Under the pieces are notes generated by a model that saw nothing but the letters and a program-made list of their open reading frames with translations, was not told the origin of the DNA and made no database searches. Positions 49,896 through 60,492 of a stretch of DNA of 64,000 nucleotides are shown piece by piece. This DNA comes from Candidatus Moraniibacteriota bacterium (GTDB lineage: Bacteria; Patescibacteriota; Minisyncoccia; Moranbacterales; UBA1568), in NCBI GenBank assembly GCA_028711705.1, contig JAQTRS010000001.1:30581-94580 (forward strand), in the 5' to 3' direction. Positions within the stretch are counted from its first letter, which is position 1. Every line of letters begins with the position of its first letter. Position numbers and translations under genes: made by a program.

Positions 49896-50482
49896 ACCCT
49901 ATGTCGGAAAAATTTCTGCTGCACGTCTGTTGCGCTCCCTGCAGTATCGCGGTGATCGATGAATTACGCACACAGTACGATCTTTCTATTTTGTTTTTCA
50001 ATCCGAATATCCACCCAAAAGAGGAATACCTGCGGCGTAAGCACGAGGTCATCCGTATCTGTAAGGAATGGGATATCCCGATGCTCGATCAGGATTATAG
50101 TACCGAAGAATGGGATTTCGCGACGAAAGGACTGGAGGAGCAGCCCGAAGGCGGGTTCCGGTGCAACGCCTGCTTTCGCGTGAGGCTATCTTGGACGGCC
50201 CAGGTGGCTGCAGAAGGAGGGTTTTCGCGCTTCGGTTCGACACTCACCACCGGGCGCTACAAGAAGGCGGCCATTATCAATCCTATCGGTGAAGCGGCGG
50301 CCAATCGTTTCGGCAGTCGATTCCATGCCGAGGACTGGAAGAAAAAAGGTCGTGAGGCGCTCTCACGGAGGATGGTCAAAGATCGCGCTATGTATGAACA
50401 AAACTATTGCGGATGCCGGTATTCGCTGCGGGATATGCACAGGCGCGAGGAACGGAAAAAAGCCCTGCAAAAAGAGGCCTGA
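49892..50482 (+). CDS. queH: Epoxyqueuosine reductase QueH (DUF208)
   Basis: LLHVCCAPCS, NPNIHP.EEY, RC..CF..RL, QNYCGC. Confidence 0.9.
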   Translation: MNPMSEKFLLHVCCAPCSIAVIDELRTQYDLSILFFNPNIHPKEEYLRRKHEVIRICKEWDIPMLDQDYSTEEWDFATKGLEEQPEGGFRCNACFRVRLSWTAQVAAEGGFSRFGSTLTTGRYKKAAIINPIGEAAANRFGSRFHAEDWKKKGREALSRRMVKDRAMYEQNYCGCRYSLRDMHRREERKKALQKEA

Positions 50483-50645
50483 TAACTCATTTTAAGGCTT
50501 TATTGTGCCACACTCTGCCACTAACCATTGACAGAGTGTTTAAAATATGCTAGGATGAGCGGTTGATTTGAAATGAGGTGATCGAATATCTCTTCATGCC
50601 TGTCAGCATTCCATCTTTAAAACACAACAAGAAAAGGGGATTACG

Positions 50646-50951
50646 ATGACACTGTTCATATCTGAAGTAGAAGCAAGATTACAAGAAGAGGCAGCTGGAA
50701 GAAAATCAGGAAAAGGAAGGCACCAAACGAGGACTCCCGGAAAAACCCCCCTTGTGACTTGGGGCTTACCGGTGCAGCAATTGAAAGAATATGTTGCAAA
50801 AAGGCCTGCGGCGGCTACTAAGACAGTAAGGATCATGAATACCGAAGACACTTTTCAGCAAAGTCATAAAGGGCGCGGTGCCGGTCTGCGTTTGAGAAAT
50901 AATGTTAAATCTTGGTATAATAATTATTCTGATTGTAAGAATCACTTATAA
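50646..50951 (+). CDS. Hypothetical basic orphan protein
   Basis: TTGACA-17-TAGGAT promoter at about 50528-50556, SD AAGGGGA, downstream hairpin. Confidence 0.5.
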   Translation: MTLFISEVEARLQEEAAGRKSGKGRHQTRTPGKTPLVTWGLPVQQLKEYVAKRPAAATKTVRIMNTEDTFQQSHKGRGAGLRLRNNVKSWYNNYSDCKNHL

Positions 50952-51142
50952 TATAAGTGGTCAAAAAGCTTCGATGAATCCACAGGATTCGGCGGAGCTT
51001 TTTTAATATTTTTTCCGTACTGAAATTGAAGGCCGTGACTGGTGTATACTGTAAAGAGAGGGCGCTCTCGCTACGATGTTTAGATTGTTTGGCATAAATA
51101 AGATCAAGAAAGGGTACAATGAAACAGATAAAGCATACGTAC

Positions 51143-51859
51143 ATGGAATACATACTTCACAAAGCAGAAAATCGCGGGCGAGCGGAACACAGCTGGCTTC
51201 ATACCAGGTTCAGTTTCAGTTTCGCAGAGTGGTACGATCCGGATCGCATGGGCTTCGGAACGCTGCGGGTGATCAACGATGACGTAATCGATCCTGACTC
51301 CGGTTTCGACTTGCATCCGCACAGCAATATGGAAATTATCACGATCGTCATGGAAGGCGCCGTGACGCATGGGGATAGCATGGGCAATCAGGAAGTGGTT
51401 CCGGCCGGAGATGTGCAGGTGATGTCTGCAGGCACGGGCGTGGTCCATTCGGAGCGCAATACATCCCTGGACGAGACGCTCAAACTTTTCCAGATATGGA
51501 TTCATCCGAAAGTTCGCAATGTCGTGCCACGCTATGGTCAGAAATCATTCGGGGTCGATTGGAAACCCAATGTTTTGCGGTTGCTCGTATCGCCAGATGG
51601 ACGCGAGGACTCGCTTTCGATACATCAGGACGCCTTCATATCGAAAGGCTCTCTTGAGGCAGAGCAAACGCACATATACATGCTCCGCGATGCGCGCAAG
51701 AACGGCGTCTATGTGTTCGTAGTCGATGGCAGCGTGACGGTGAACGATCATCATCTGACAAAGCGGGATGCTCTGGGTATTACTGGTGCGGATGTGATCG
51801 CTTTTGTGGCCGATCAACATTCCCGCTATCTGGTGTTTGAGGTGCCCATGGCAGTATGA
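51143..51859 (+). CDS. Pirin family protein
   Basis: FSFA.WYDP..MGFG.LRVINDD, HPHSNMEI, HGDSMG, GVVHSE. Confidence 0.93.
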   Translation: MEYILHKAENRGRAEHSWLHTRFSFSFAEWYDPDRMGFGTLRVINDDVIDPDSGFDLHPHSNMEIITIVMEGAVTHGDSMGNQEVVPAGDVQVMSAGTGVVHSERNTSLDETLKLFQIWIHPKVRNVVPRYGQKSFGVDWKPNVLRLLVSPDGREDSLSIHQDAFISKGSLEAEQTHIYMLRDARKNGVYVFVVDGSVTVNDHHLTKRDALGITGADVIAFVADQHSRYLVFEVPMAV

Positions 51860-51896
51860 TTGACTTTTTGGCTTTCTTTGGCTATACTGAGTCCAT

Positions 51897-52451
51897 ATGA
51901 AACAACGGAAAATATTTTTAGGCGTGTCGATCCCCAAAGATGTCTCGAAGCGATTGGCAAGGAAAATGGAGCGATGGCAACATCTTCCATTCCGCTTTAC
52001 CAAAGAGGGCAATATGCATATCACATTGCTTTTTTTGGGGCATGTGCTTGACGAATCGGTAGCCAAGATATGTATGCAGGTGGAAGAGGTGTGCCGGAAC
52101 ATACACGCGTTCGATGTGGATCTTAACACGATCACTCTGGTGCCGGAGCAGGGAAGGGAAGCCAAGCAGCTTTGGTATATGGGCGAAGCCAATGAGGAAT
52201 TGAAGCAGCTCCGCATGGCGCTCGAACAGGAACTGGGTATGTTCAGTGTGGAGAAAAAAGTCTTCCGTCCGCATGTGACCTTGGGCCGCGCAAGGCAACA
52301 CCTCTGGCAGGAACTTTCAGAAATACCGGAAATGAAGGACAGCCTCTCAGTATTTTTACCGGTCGACAGCGTCATTGTCTATGAAAGCGTCTTTCAGAAA
52401 GGGGAGGGGCTGGCCTATGAAGTCTTGGCCGAATGCCCTCTTGTGTATTAG
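51897..52451 (+). CDS. thpR: 2H phosphoesterase (RNA 2',3'-cyclic phosphodiesterase)
   Basis: Paired HITL and HVTL motifs. Confidence 0.88.
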   Translation: MKQRKIFLGVSIPKDVSKRLARKMERWQHLPFRFTKEGNMHITLLFLGHVLDESVAKICMQVEEVCRNIHAFDVDLNTITLVPEQGREAKQLWYMGEANEELKQLRMALEQELGMFSVEKKVFRPHVTLGRARQHLWQELSEIPEMKDSLSVFLPVDSVIVYESVFQKGEGLAYEVLAECPLVY

Positions 52452-52454
52452 CTT

Positions 52455-53192
52455 ATGGTTCAAAATAGTTTTATTTTCAATACCCGCGTCGATAATCTTA
52501 AGAAGCAGGATATTTTCCGTATTATAGATGATTCTCTGCAAAGCGATTCCTTTCATCAGATAGCCACAATCAATCCGGAATTCCTTTTGCTGGCTCGGAA
52601 AAACAGCGCGTTCCGAGACATCCTCAACGGCTGCGATCTTAATGTGTCCGATGGCGTCGGGGTGCATGTCGCGTTTTGGAGGCAAGGAGAGAGGCTTTGG
52701 GCGCGTATGGCGGGTGCGGATTTGATGGCATATATTTTGCAGCAAGCTCAAGAGAAGCATCTCAGCGTGATGTGTATCATACGAAAAGACGGCTTGAGCA
52801 TCTGGAAAGATATCCGGCGCGCCCTGAAGAAATTCTATCCAACGCTGCACGTCGAAGGTATGGATATCGGGCACGCCATGTCGATAGACATGCTTCGTGC
52901 GGAAACGCAGCAGCGTATAAGCGGGTCCAATATACTCCTGTGCAATTTTGGTGTCCCATATCAGGAAGTATTTTTGGCGGGATTGCGAAAGAATCAGAGC
53001 GCTATCCGTGTGGCGATGGGCGTGGGCGGCAGCTTCGATTTCCTAACAGGCAAATTAAAACGCGCTCCGAAGTGGATGCGCGATACGGGTCTTGAATGGC
53101 TCTGGAGACTGCTTCTGCAACCCAAGCGTTTCAAGCGAATCTGGAAGGCGGTTGTTATTTTTCCTTTGAGAGTGATTCTTAGAATAAAATAA
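52455..53192 (+). CDS. WecB/TagA/CpsF glycosyltransferase
   Basis: TINPEF, SDGVG, GVPYQE, GVGGSFD, RAP.WM...GLEWLWRL. Confidence 0.92.
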   Translation: MVQNSFIFNTRVDNLKKQDIFRIIDDSLQSDSFHQIATINPEFLLLARKNSAFRDILNGCDLNVSDGVGVHVAFWRQGERLWARMAGADLMAYILQQAQEKHLSVMCIIRKDGLSIWKDIRRALKKFYPTLHVEGMDIGHAMSIDMLRAETQQRISGSNILLCNFGVPYQEVFLAGLRKNQSAIRVAMGVGGSFDFLTGKLKRAPKWMRDTGLEWLWRLLLQPKRFKRIWKAVVIFPLRVILRIK

Positions 53193-53247
53193 GACCCTGG
53201 CTACAATATTGCAGTAACCAGGGATTTTACTCTATTTAAGTAAGCTT

Positions 53248-53721
53248 TTAATTCTGTTTTCCGCCTACTTCTTGATTTGCTAGGCGGAAATATTTTAAAA
53301 CATTTTCCGTGTAATCATCCTGATCTTTATAATGTGAGACAAAAAATGTCTGGCTATCTACAAAACTACTCACATTTGTGCACATTATCTTCGTATCAGA
53401 ATACATTGTTGTCCGATCACCCGCATGCATGACGCAAGTAATTTTCGATTTTTGGTCAAGTGAAGGTGCTAATTCAAAATTATCATTTTCGAAAGCGTCC
53501 ATGAAATCTGTAAAGCTTTTTCCAGGAAGACCAACCACTTTGATAGATGTTTCACTATTTGAAAGAAAAAAACTCACCTGATGGATTTGGTGGTAGTCGA
53601 TGTTTTTAAATGTTGCTCTCGCTGCAAGCCAGATGAACATAACAAGGGAAGTGGAGAGGACCCACACTATTATCCAGAGCATTTTTTCTTGGGATGTACT
53701 TTGATTTTGGCTCATGACCAT
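53248..53721 (-). CDS. Hypothetical orphan protein with N-terminal TM helix
   Basis: TTGACA-17-TATTAT promoter, SD GGAGG, AT-rich. Confidence 0.7.
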   Translation of the reverse strand: MVMSQNQSTSQEKMLWIIVWVLSTSLVMFIWLAARATFKNIDYHQIHQVSFFLSNSETSIKVVGLPGKSFTDFMDAFENDNFELAPSLDQKSKITCVMHAGDRTTMYSDTKIMCTNVSSFVDSQTFFVSHYKDQDDYTENVLKYFRLANQEVGGKQN

Positions 53722-53883
53722 TTCCTCCAGAGGAAAGTGTTATTGAAAAATTAAGGAACTGTTTTTCCGAAAGACATCGCTGTATCTTCGGATGCTCCAT
53801 AATAGCATATCCACATAATATTGTCAAGACTTCCCAGAATGCTGAAAAAAAGCTAAACTAAGGGTAATTAATATATACATCGT

Positions 53884-55464
53884 ATGATTTCTTCCTCAAA
53901 TATCCGTGTCCGTTTCGCCCCATCACCGACAGGCTATGTCCATATCGGCAGCCTTCGCACCGCTTTGTACAACTATCTCTTCGCTAAAAAGCAGGGTGGC
54001 GAGTATTTATTGCGTCTCGAAGACACCGATAAGAAGCGTTTTGTCTCAGGTGCCACTGAGAACCTTCTGTCCGTTTTGGAAACGATGGGTCTTTTGCATA
54101 GCGAAGGACCCTTTATCAGTCAGCAATTAACAGTCAACAGCCTGCCCGAATCGCCACGCGAAACGTTGCGGGCGGGTCAACAGCAAACTATCGAGTCAGT
54201 GAAGTATCCTGGTATCGTAGAGGTTGGCGACTACGGCCCGTATATCCAGTCGGAGCGATTGGAACTCTATCGGAAATACGCTCAGGAATTGATCGATAGC
54301 AAGAAAGCGTACTACTGTTTCTGTTCACCTGAAAGACTCGACGCGATGCGCAAAGAACAGATGACGAATAAGCAGATGCCGAAATATGATCGTTTGTGTT
54401 GCCAGCTTTCTTCCGAGGAAATCCAAAAAAATCTCGATGCCAAACTTCCCGATACCACTATCCGTTTTAAGTTGCCCGACAATGAAACCGTGTGGTTTAC
54501 TGATATGGTTCGCGGAGAGGTTTCTTTCAATACCGCTTCTATGGCAGATGCTGTACTTCTTAAGTCAGACGGTTATCCGACGTATCATTTGGCGATGGCG
54601 GTTGATGATCACTTTATGCGCATCAGTCATGTGATACGTTCCGAAGAATGGCTTCCAAGCCTACCGCTGCATGTGCTCCTGTATCGCGCTTTCGGTTGGG
54701 ATGCGCCGCAGTTCGCGCATCTCCCCCTCATTATCAATGCTGACAAAAGCAAGCTTTCAAAACGACAAGGTGATGTGGCAGTAGAAGATTATCTGAAGAA
54801 AGGCTACCTTAAAGAAGCTTTGATAAACTTTGTTGCCATGCTTGGCTGGAATCCGGGCGAAGGCAGTATGCAGGAACTCTTCTCAATGGATGAATTGATC
54901 GAGAAATTCGATTTCGAACATGTCCACAAGGCCGGCGCGGTCTTTGATATGAAAAAACTCGATTGGATCAATGCACAGTATATCAAAAGACTTTCTGTGG
55001 ACGAACTCTATGAAAAATCCCTTCCATTTTGGCAGGAAAAAGATTTTTATAAAGCCGCAAAACCGGAGCAGCAATCAGAAGAATACCTGAAAAAGGTACT
55101 CTTTATCGAGCGCGACCGCTTGAATCGCCTGGACGCAGTGGGGGAGAGTAACGCATTCTTCTTTATCGATACCCTCGAGTACGACAAAGAGCTGCTCCGA
55201 TGGAAGAAAAACACTGATGACGAGATTATCACCGCTCTTACGAAAGCTCAGGAAGTTCTGACGGCCCTCGATGAGCAGGATTGGACGCAGGATAACTTGT
55301 CGGAAAAACTTATGGCAGCGGCAGGGGAGAAGAGAGGGGATCTGCTCTGGCCGCTCCGTGTCGCCCTGACCGGCGCCAAGCAATCGCCATCCCCTTTCGA
55401 AGTCGCTTTCGTGCTCGGAAAAATTGAGTCATTGAAGCGGATAGGAAAAGCGCTCTCAAAGTAG
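53884..55464 (+). CDS. gltX: Glutamate--tRNA ligase
   Basis: RFAPSPTG..HIGS, RLEDTD, KLSKR. Confidence 0.96.
   Translation: MISSSNIRVRFAPSPTGYVHIGSLRTALYNYLFAKKQGGEYLLRLEDTDKKRFVSGATENLLSVLETMGLLHSEGPFISQQLTVNSLPESPRETLRAGQQQTIESVKYPGIVEVGDYGPYIQSERLELYRKYAQELIDSKKAYYCFCSPERLDAMRKEQMTNKQMPKYDRLCCQLSSEEIQKNLDAKLPDTTIRFKLPDNETVWFTDMVRGEVSFNTASMADAVLLKSDGYPTYHLAMAVDDHFMRISHVIRSEEWLPSLPLHVLLYRAFGWDAPQFAHLPLIINADKSKLSKRQGDVAVEDYLKKGYLKEALINFVAMLGWNPGEGSMQELFSMDELIEKFDFEHVHKAGAVFDMKKLDWINAQYIKRLSVDELYEKSLPFWQEKDFYKAAKPEQQSEEYLKKVLFIERDRLNRLDAVGESNAFFFIDTLEYDKELLRWKKNTDDEIITALTKAQEVLTALDEQDWTQDNLSEKLMAAAGEKRGDLLWPLRVALTGAKQSPSPFEVAFVLGKIESLKRIGKALSK
54134..54183. repeat. 36-bp palindromic in-frame insertion flanked by TCAACAG direct repeats inside gltX
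   Basis: TCAACAG-CCTGCCCG...CGGGCGGG-TCAACAG, preceded by heptamers TCAGCAA TTAACAG. Confidence 0.6.
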
Positions 55465-55524
55465 GCGACCGTTTCCTCTTTTGTTGATTTTGAGCTATAC
55501 TGGGAATGTGGAAAAACTTTCTTT

Positions 55525-56796
55525 ATGGATCAGACGATGGATCAAAAACACAATAAACGAAGCCATTTGCATCCGTTGTACTCGAAACTCGCCAAGAGCT
55601 TGTTTCTTGGCGCGTTCATCGCCGGTTACTGCGCATACCCGGCATCCCTCGTTATCGCTGCCGACAGCGCGAATTCTTTACAGGATGAGCTTGATGCGAT
55701 TAACAACAAGATCAAATCATACAACAGCCTCGTCAATCAGACCCAGCAGCAGCGTGTGATGCTTGCCAATGAAATCAAGATACTCGAGGCGAATGCCGCC
55801 GCGCTGGAGAAAAAAATCAGTGACAATACCCAGCAGATCCAAAGTCTTGATAGCGAAATAACCGGGATACGCAGTAAAATAGACGAAAAAGAAAGGATCA
55901 TCATAGCGCAGAAAGACCTGCTCAAACAGCTGATGCGCTCATATTACGAAAATACCGAGCGCACGAAGATTCAATTGCTCCTTTCGACGCAGGAATCGAA
56001 TCAGCTGCTCGATCAGAACGATTGGACGGTTGAGACCGGGGACAAAATAAAGGAACTCCTTGCAGATATGCAGTCCACGAAAGCCGGCCTTGCCACGCAG
56101 CATGACAGCCTGCAGGATAAGAAGCAGCAGGCCGACGCCTTACGCGCGCAGCTTGAGCGACGATCTGGATATCTGGAAACCACTAAGCAATCCAAAGAAT
56201 CTTTGGTGGTAAAGACTCAGGTACAGGAAAAGAAATACAACAATATCATCGACGATCTCGAGGAAAAGCGAAACGAGATCGAAGATGAAATCAATCAGTT
56301 GGAAGCTGCCAAGACGAGCAATCTTGACCTCAGCAAGCTTCCTGCATTCCGGAAAAGCACGCTGTATTTTCCGGTTGCGAATCCCCACAAGAGCCAAGGC
56401 TATGGCAAGGCTACATGGACAAAGCAGTACTCATTCCACAATGGTATAGACTTTTCCGACAGTACAGGTACGCCGATCATCGCAGCAGGGGATGGTAAGG
56501 TTTTGGCGACTGGAAATAACGGTAAGTATGCCTATGGAAAATGGATCGCCATCGATCACGGCAACGGATTGGTGACTATGTATGGCCACTTAAGCGTGCA
56601 GAAGGTCTCGAAGGGGGAGAGCGTTAAAAGGGGAGGTGTTATCGGGCTGATGGGTAATACGGGATTTTCGACCGGGCCCCATGTCCACTTCAGTGTCTTC
56701 GCCAAAAATTCATTCGACATAGTCCCCTCCACCAAAGTTTCTGGATTGATGCTGCCTACCGGCGCTCACGTCAATCCGGCGAACTACCTTCCTTGA
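55525..56796 (+). CDS. Coiled-coil M23 peptidase (EnvC/CwlO-like)
   Basis: Signal peptide, long coiled coil, HNGID, YGHL, STGPHVHF. Confidence 0.92.
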   Translation: MDQTMDQKHNKRSHLHPLYSKLAKSLFLGAFIAGYCAYPASLVIAADSANSLQDELDAINNKIKSYNSLVNQTQQQRVMLANEIKILEANAAALEKKISDNTQQIQSLDSEITGIRSKIDEKERIIIAQKDLLKQLMRSYYENTERTKIQLLLSTQESNQLLDQNDWTVETGDKIKELLADMQSTKAGLATQHDSLQDKKQQADALRAQLERRSGYLETTKQSKESLVVKTQVQEKKYNNIIDDLEEKRNEIEDEINQLEAAKTSNLDLSKLPAFRKSTLYFPVANPHKSQGYGKATWTKQYSFHNGIDFSDSTGTPIIAAGDGKVLATGNNGKYAYGKWIAIDHGNGLVTMYGHLSVQKVSKGESVKRGGVIGLMGNTGFSTGPHVHFSVFAKNSFDIVPSTKVSGLMLPTGAHVNPANYLP

Positions 56797-57408
56797 TCTT
56801 TATAGATAGACGCGCACCCCGTCCTATCGCTCGTATTGTGCGCTGTGACGAATATTTGATGCCACGGATGTATGCGAAAGTCTATCGATACTTTTTCACG
56901 TCTTCATTTGCAAAATAACGGGCACGTTTGTGGAAATTATCGGCTCGTAATGACCGAATTTCGGCCAAAAACACCATCATTTTGACACTCTATTTAAGGC
57001 TTATATAAACCATAAAATGACGCTCAAAATTGACCTGTGCGGGGTTTTTCTTCCGAAATGGTACACGTATACCACCAAAATAGGCTCAAATGAGGGAGTG
57101 CTGCGAGAAACGGGGATTATTGGAAAATGGAAGAGTGTATCTCGTGTACAAGATAAGGATTGGGGGTATGAGATAAACGCCGCATGTCGGGGTAAGGAAA
57201 CGTTCCTGCGAATCCGTGTGTTGTTTGCCGTATGTAATATCTGTAAACTACAATCAGATTGAAAATTGATGCACTTGTACTTATGTGTGTAAAAAACGCG
57301 TCTGAGAGGAAAGTGCTAGCAGGTGATGTCTATTGGTATGCTATCTGTATGAGAATTTATATGGACCACGTATAGAGGTCGATACATTTTTCATATCTGA
57401 ATGTGTTT

Positions 57409-57436
57409 ATGTCGCATAAGTTACATTATGCGACAT
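57409..57436. other. dif: dif-like Xer recombination site
   Basis: ATGTCGCATAA-GTTACA-TTATGCGACAT, perfect 11-6-11 palindrome in a long intergenic gap where gene orientation flips. Confidence 0.8.
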
Positions 57437-57645
57437 TGTACATACCGCTTGAAATAAGGTATTTCTATCAATTTGTCTCACTTCAGTATCTTCTGCGATA
57501 TACGTAGCTTCTCATTCAGCAAAACCCACTCCTCTTCCCCTTAACCGGTCCGATTACAAATGTAAAAGCCGTACAAAAAGAAATTCATTGAAATTCTTTT
57601 CGCACGGCTTTATATTCGTTTATGCTTCCGGCATTTTCTCAGCCT

Positions 57646-58344
57646 TCAGACATAGGACGACTGGGAACGTGTTTTCTCACTCTTTTTATGTAAAGCATTC
57701 GATATCCAGGCCCATGTCGATACGACTTCCTGCTCCGCTTCATTTTCTTCTTCCTGAGCAACATCAAAGGATATGTCTATTGTCTCGTGCAATGTATGCT
57801 CGGCAAGCTCTACCCATGATAGCATGGTGGTTGATACGACGCTTTCAAGCGCGGGATAGATAAGGATAGTATCATCCGCCGCTGTCTGTATGGTTTGCAG
57901 GAATTGATCACTCTCTTCCTTGCGAACTTTTTTTCGAGTAATGATGATGCGGAATACGCCTTTATCGATCCTGAAACATTGATCGGCCGGGTGGAGCAGA
58001 TATTTCTTAATATTCGCAGCCAAAAGTCTGACGAGTATATCTTGCTCTACCTTTTTCAGGCTTTCGATTCTATTCAGTTTTACCTGAATAAAATGTATCG
58101 CTTCATCTTTGCCATCGCCATCAGCCTCGATGCAGGCTTCAAGCAACAGCTGCGGTAGGAACACCTCGTCCAAAAACCGCTTATTCCCCCACTTGGTCAA
58201 TGGGTCGAAGAAAGCGACCGATGAAAGCTGCGCGTTTGTCTTGCAGGTCATCACCAGCATTGTGATCATACCTACTACAAGTATAAGGAGCGCGATCAGT
58301 ATTTCGTTAGTGTGGAGCGTTACGAACTTGGCTAGATATAACAT
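57646..58344 (-). CDS. Membrane-anchored degenerate GGDEF-like protein
   Basis: TM helix then AFFDPLTKWGNKRFL; FRIDKGVF replaces the R-x-GGDEF motif. Confidence 0.6.
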   Translation of the reverse strand: MLYLAKFVTLHTNEILIALLILVVGMITMLVMTCKTNAQLSSVAFFDPLTKWGNKRFLDEVFLPQLLLEACIEADGDGKDEAIHFIQVKLNRIESLKKVEQDILVRLLAANIKKYLLHPADQCFRIDKGVFRIIITRKKVRKEESDQFLQTIQTAADDTILIYPALESVVSTTMLSWVELAEHTLHETIDISFDVAQEEENEAEQEVVSTWAWISNALHKKSEKTRSQSSYV

Positions 58345-58491
58345 AAAAACACCTCTTTGTTGTTGCAATAAAGAAAATTGTTAAGGTATGCGATAAGTGA
58401 ATTACTTATCAAAGCATATTAACATATCTTTACAAAAAAGTCAAGTGTTTTTATGATGATATTCGGTTGCTTCGCTTCAGAAATACCGTTA

Positions 58492-58842
58492 CTAAGCCTT
58501 TCTAAATTTGACGGCGAAGAGGGGTTCGTAGCGGTTCTGATACTCATCCACCACTTCGACGGTTTTGCCGTCCATGAGGGTGGTGATAGCGATATCGTTG
58601 AGCATCTCTTGCTCGCTTTCGATCTCGTCTTTCAGGTCTTCAAGTTCGGCGTAGCGTTTTCCCATCTGCTCTTGGGTGCGGATCTCGATCTGTTTTTTGC
58701 GCTCCTTGAGTTTCTTGAGTTCCTCCAGAATCAATTCATGATCATCAGCATTGGCAAGCGTATCGGCGTATTCTTTCTTAATGGTCTTCATTTCCTTTTT
58801 CATCTCTTGGATGTGGTTGAAAATCGATTGCAGGTCCTTCAT
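58492..58842 (-). CDS. Conserved hypothetical coiled-coil protein
   Basis: 116 aa, helical charged sequence ending YEPLFAVKFRK. Confidence 0.75.
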   Translation of the reverse strand: MKDLQSIFNHIQEMKKEMKTIKKEYADTLANADDHELILEELKKLKERKKQIEIRTQEQMGKRYAELEDLKDEIESEQEMLNDIAITTLMDGKTVEVVDEYQNRYEPLFAVKFRKA

Positions 58843-58970
58843 AGCATTTCTTTTTATATGATGAGTTAAAATGTATCCCCCGCCCCCTTTTTAAATAAAC
58901 AAAAAGAGCACCGGAAAGAATGTCTATACATAGTATAGCACATACCTCGGCCACCCTTCTTTCAGGTGCT

Positions 58971-60110
58971 TTATTCGAACAGATAAAGGTATTTACTGTA
59001 GCCTTTGGCTTCCATTTCTTCCTTCGGGATGAAGAAGAGGGCGGCGGAATTCATGCAGTAGCGTTTGCCGCCGCGATCCTTAGGGCCGTCATCGAAGACA
59101 TGCCCGAGATGGGAGTCGGCGTGTTTGGACCGCACCTCGATTCGGGTCGTGAACAACCCCTTGTCCTCGTGGAGTGTGACATCATCGTTTTCGATCGGCT
59201 TGACGAAGGATGGCCAACCGGTGCCAGAGTCATATTTGTCTTTGGACGAGAAAAGCGGTTCTCCGGAAATTCGGTCAACATAGATACCGTCGGCCTTATT
59301 GGTATCGTATTCGTTATTGAAGGGCGGCTCGGTGCCTTCTTGCTGGGTCACTTTGTATTGGAGCGGGGTCAGCGTCTGCTTGAGCATCTCGTCGGATGGC
59401 TTCTGATAGTTTTCAAAATCCGTCGCGCCGGATATTTGAGGCATCGGTGTTTCGGCTACGGATCCCTTTCCTTTGTGCTGTTCGATAAAATCGCTCCGAC
59501 CGGATCTGCTTCGATAGAAGTTATAGCGAACCGGGTTTTTCTTCGCGTAGTCCTGATGGTATTCTTCCGCCGGCCAAAACTTCACGCGTGGGATCACGAC
59601 GATAGCGATCGGCTTGGCATACACCTCTTCCGCGTCTATTTTGGCGATCACTTTCTGTGCGATGATTTTTTCCTCATCGGTGTCATAGTAGATGGCCGGT
59701 GCATACTGCTTTCCGCGGTCATTGAAGGAGCCCGTAGCGTCTGTCGGGTCACTGTAGCGCATGATGTGCTCCACAAGGCTCTCATAGGTCGTTTTTGAGG
59801 GGTCATAGGTGACCTCAACGACTTCGCGGTGTCCGCCTTGGGCGTAGTTTTCATAGGTCGGGTTTTCCGTTGAGCCGCCGGCATAACCGGAAACGACGTT
59901 CACGATTCCGCTCAGCTTCTCAAAATCCGCTTCGACGCACCAAAAACACCCTCCCGCAAAAAGAGCGGTCTTTGTTCCCTCTGTAGTGGTTGATGGCATA
60001 GGCGTGATGTTAGATGATGATTGATTACGCGACAAAAACGCTGCCAGAGAGATGACCGCGAGTAGGATAAGGATTCCGGCGAGTACCATAGGTTGTTTGT
60101 AGTTATACAT
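58971..60110 (-). CDS. msrAB: Exported bifunctional methionine sulfoxide reductase MsrA/MsrB
   Basis: N-terminal TM; [14 protein letters not shown] (MsrA); [22 protein letters not shown] (MsrB). Confidence 0.95.
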   Translation of the reverse strand: MYNYKQPMVLAGILILLAVISLAAFLSRNQSSSNITPMPSTTTEGTKTALFAGGCFWCVEADFEKLSGIVNVVSGYAGGSTENPTYENYAQGGHREVVEVTYDPSKTTYESLVEHIMRYSDPTDATGSFNDRGKQYAPAIYYDTDEEKIIAQKVIAKIDAEEVYAKPIAIVVIPRVKFWPAEEYHQDYAKKNPVRYNFYRSRSGRSDFIEQHKGKGSVAETPMPQISGATDFENYQKPSDEMLKQTLTPLQYKVTQQEGTEPPFNNEYDTNKADGIYVDRISGEPLFSSKDKYDSGTGWPSFVKPIENDDVTLHEDKGLFTTRIEVRSKHADSHLGHVFDDGPKDRGGKRYCMNSAALFFIPKEEMEAKGYSKYLYLFE

Positions 60111-60112
60111 AG

Positions 60113-60481
60113 TTATTTCCATAGAGTGAGCCATACGCCGATATAGTGTACTACGACGTAGAGGAAGAAAATATATCCGAGGACACCGACGATGAGGGTC
60201 AACGCGATCGTATTGATAATCTCGTTGCGCTGGCGTTTCGCGGCGTCGAGCGAGCAGATGTTTTTGGTCCGACGGAAGTAGAGCACGAGTGCGATGGCCA
60301 TGACGATCAGACCTGCCAGACGAAAATACCATTTATATTCCCCATAGAGCGTATCAGCAAGCGAGGAGGCGAAACTGACCGTCCCGATACCGAAAACGAC
60401 CAATATGACCGGCGACAAGCAGCAAAGCGATGCGATCAGTACCGGTATCCCGCTCAGTTTGAGGATTTCCTTTATATTCAT
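60113..60481 (-). CDS. MerT-like small membrane protein
   Basis: ASLCCLSP vicinal cysteines in TM1; three TM helices. Confidence 0.7.
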   Translation of the reverse strand: MNIKEILKLSGIPVLIASLCCLSPVILVVFGIGTVSFASSLADTLYGEYKWYFRLAGLIVMAIALVLYFRRTKNICSLDAAKRQRNEIINTIALTLIVGVLGYIFFLYVVVHYIGVWLTLWK

Positions 60482-60492
60482 ACGTGGAACTT

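Noticed and set aside
57017-57262. 81-aa ORF in the terminus gap
   Set aside because: No SD, motif or family resemblance; likely spurious.
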